64,000 nucleotides of DNA from Octopus sinensis (taxonomy: Eukaryota). The number at the start of each line of letters is the position of its first letter. Position 1 is the stretch's first letter. Shown one piece after another: positions 63,135-64,000 of the stretch. The stretch spans positions 28,024,001 through 28,088,000 of the forward strand of contig NC_043004.1 of NCBI RefSeq assembly GCF_006345805.1. The letters are read 5' to 3'. The position numbers were made by a program, and so were the translations under genes. The notes beneath the pieces are model-generated. The model was not told the origin of the DNA and ran no database searches. It saw nothing but the letters and a program-made list of their open reading frames with translations.

Positions 63135-64000
63135 GCGGCAGAGTCTTCAGTTGCCTTTCTTGGAGATGAATATCAGCAGTAATTGGTTTCACTCCTTTGG
63201 TCATTGCTTTGTCTCTCATACTTCTGGCACTGTTAATGCCTTAATAAGCTTTGGCCTTCCATGTCTTAGGGCCTCTGTTGGGATGTTGCCCACTCCTAGG
63301 GATTTACCATCTTTGAGCATGCGTCTTAATTCTTTGACTCCTGGAAGATTTGGAGTATCTCCAAGTTCTCTGTTATTGTTAGAATTGTCTACAATATCGC
63401 TGCCATGTTTGAATTTGTGATTGTAAAAGATGTCGCAGTACTCAGACAATCTTTTGATGACGTCATTCACGTGTGAGGAGCTGGCCTGTTTTGTCTTCAG
63501 TGACAAATATCGGCGGTGTGTTTCTTCGTTTTTCTTAGGATTTTGAGGGTTGTCCGTCTTTATCGATTATTTTGCACACTGGTCTTCTATCCATTCCTCT
63601 TTGGCTTCCCTCATTTCCTTCTTAACCTTCCTATTGTACCGCTGACTTGCACCATAACACGTTAGCTTCGTCTTCCTCAGGTCCCGTCTCCTAGGATATC
63701 TTTAATGAAGATATCTTTATTAGGAGCTGCTTTGGTAATTCTCTTCAGGTCCTCATAGAATTCCTCAACGACATTATCTTCATCATATTCAAGCGTTGGC
63801 GCATAGACTTGTATGATGCTAATATTCTGTACTCTTGCAGCCACACGTGTGTTGATTAGCCTGCTGGATACTGACATGCAGCTGATGGCTGAACTTAATT
63901 TGGCTTTGTTAACGATGAAACCCGTTGCATGTTTATGCTTGGTGTCATCTTCGCTGTACCACAGTTTGTGGCCTTCATCTGTTGTATTACCAACTCCAGT
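63135..64000 (-). pseudogene. RTE (BovB-like) LINE remnant: AP endonuclease, internal deletion, start of RT; continues past the window end
   Basis: GHKLWYS..TKHKHATGFIV; ISIIQVYAPT..YDED.VEEFYEDL; EAKEEWIEDQC; KDGKSLGVGNIPTEAL; SKKGN. Confidence 0.9.

Overview
AT-rich, microsatellite-saturated animal DNA, very probably from an octopod cephalopod (Octopus-like). That call rests on SINE families I recognise from memory, not on a search. There are two 100-N gaps (771-870, 60300-60399). I could not support any host protein-coding gene, rRNA, tRNA or CRISPR array; nearly all listed ORFs are translations of simple repeats or pieces of decayed transposons. The window is a dense record of mobile DNA. 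It holds many tRNA-derived SINEs (CORE-type and Meta-type), four mariner elements, two Tc1 elements (one with an intron), and an L1/Tx1-type LINE family in four copies of different ages. It also holds RTE, CR1/L2-like and R4/Dong-like LINE fragments, Penelope-like element (PLE) fragments of two types, a non-autonomous Helitron and several long inverted repeats. The most unusual signal is eight hammerhead-ribozyme-like motifs at seven loci, all with the minimal type-I layout known from PLE terminal repeats. The core 3-8 base pair occurs as C-G, G-C and U-A, and two motifs face outward in a near-perfect 423-bp palindrome. All alignments, translations and folds were done by eye and need computational confirmation.
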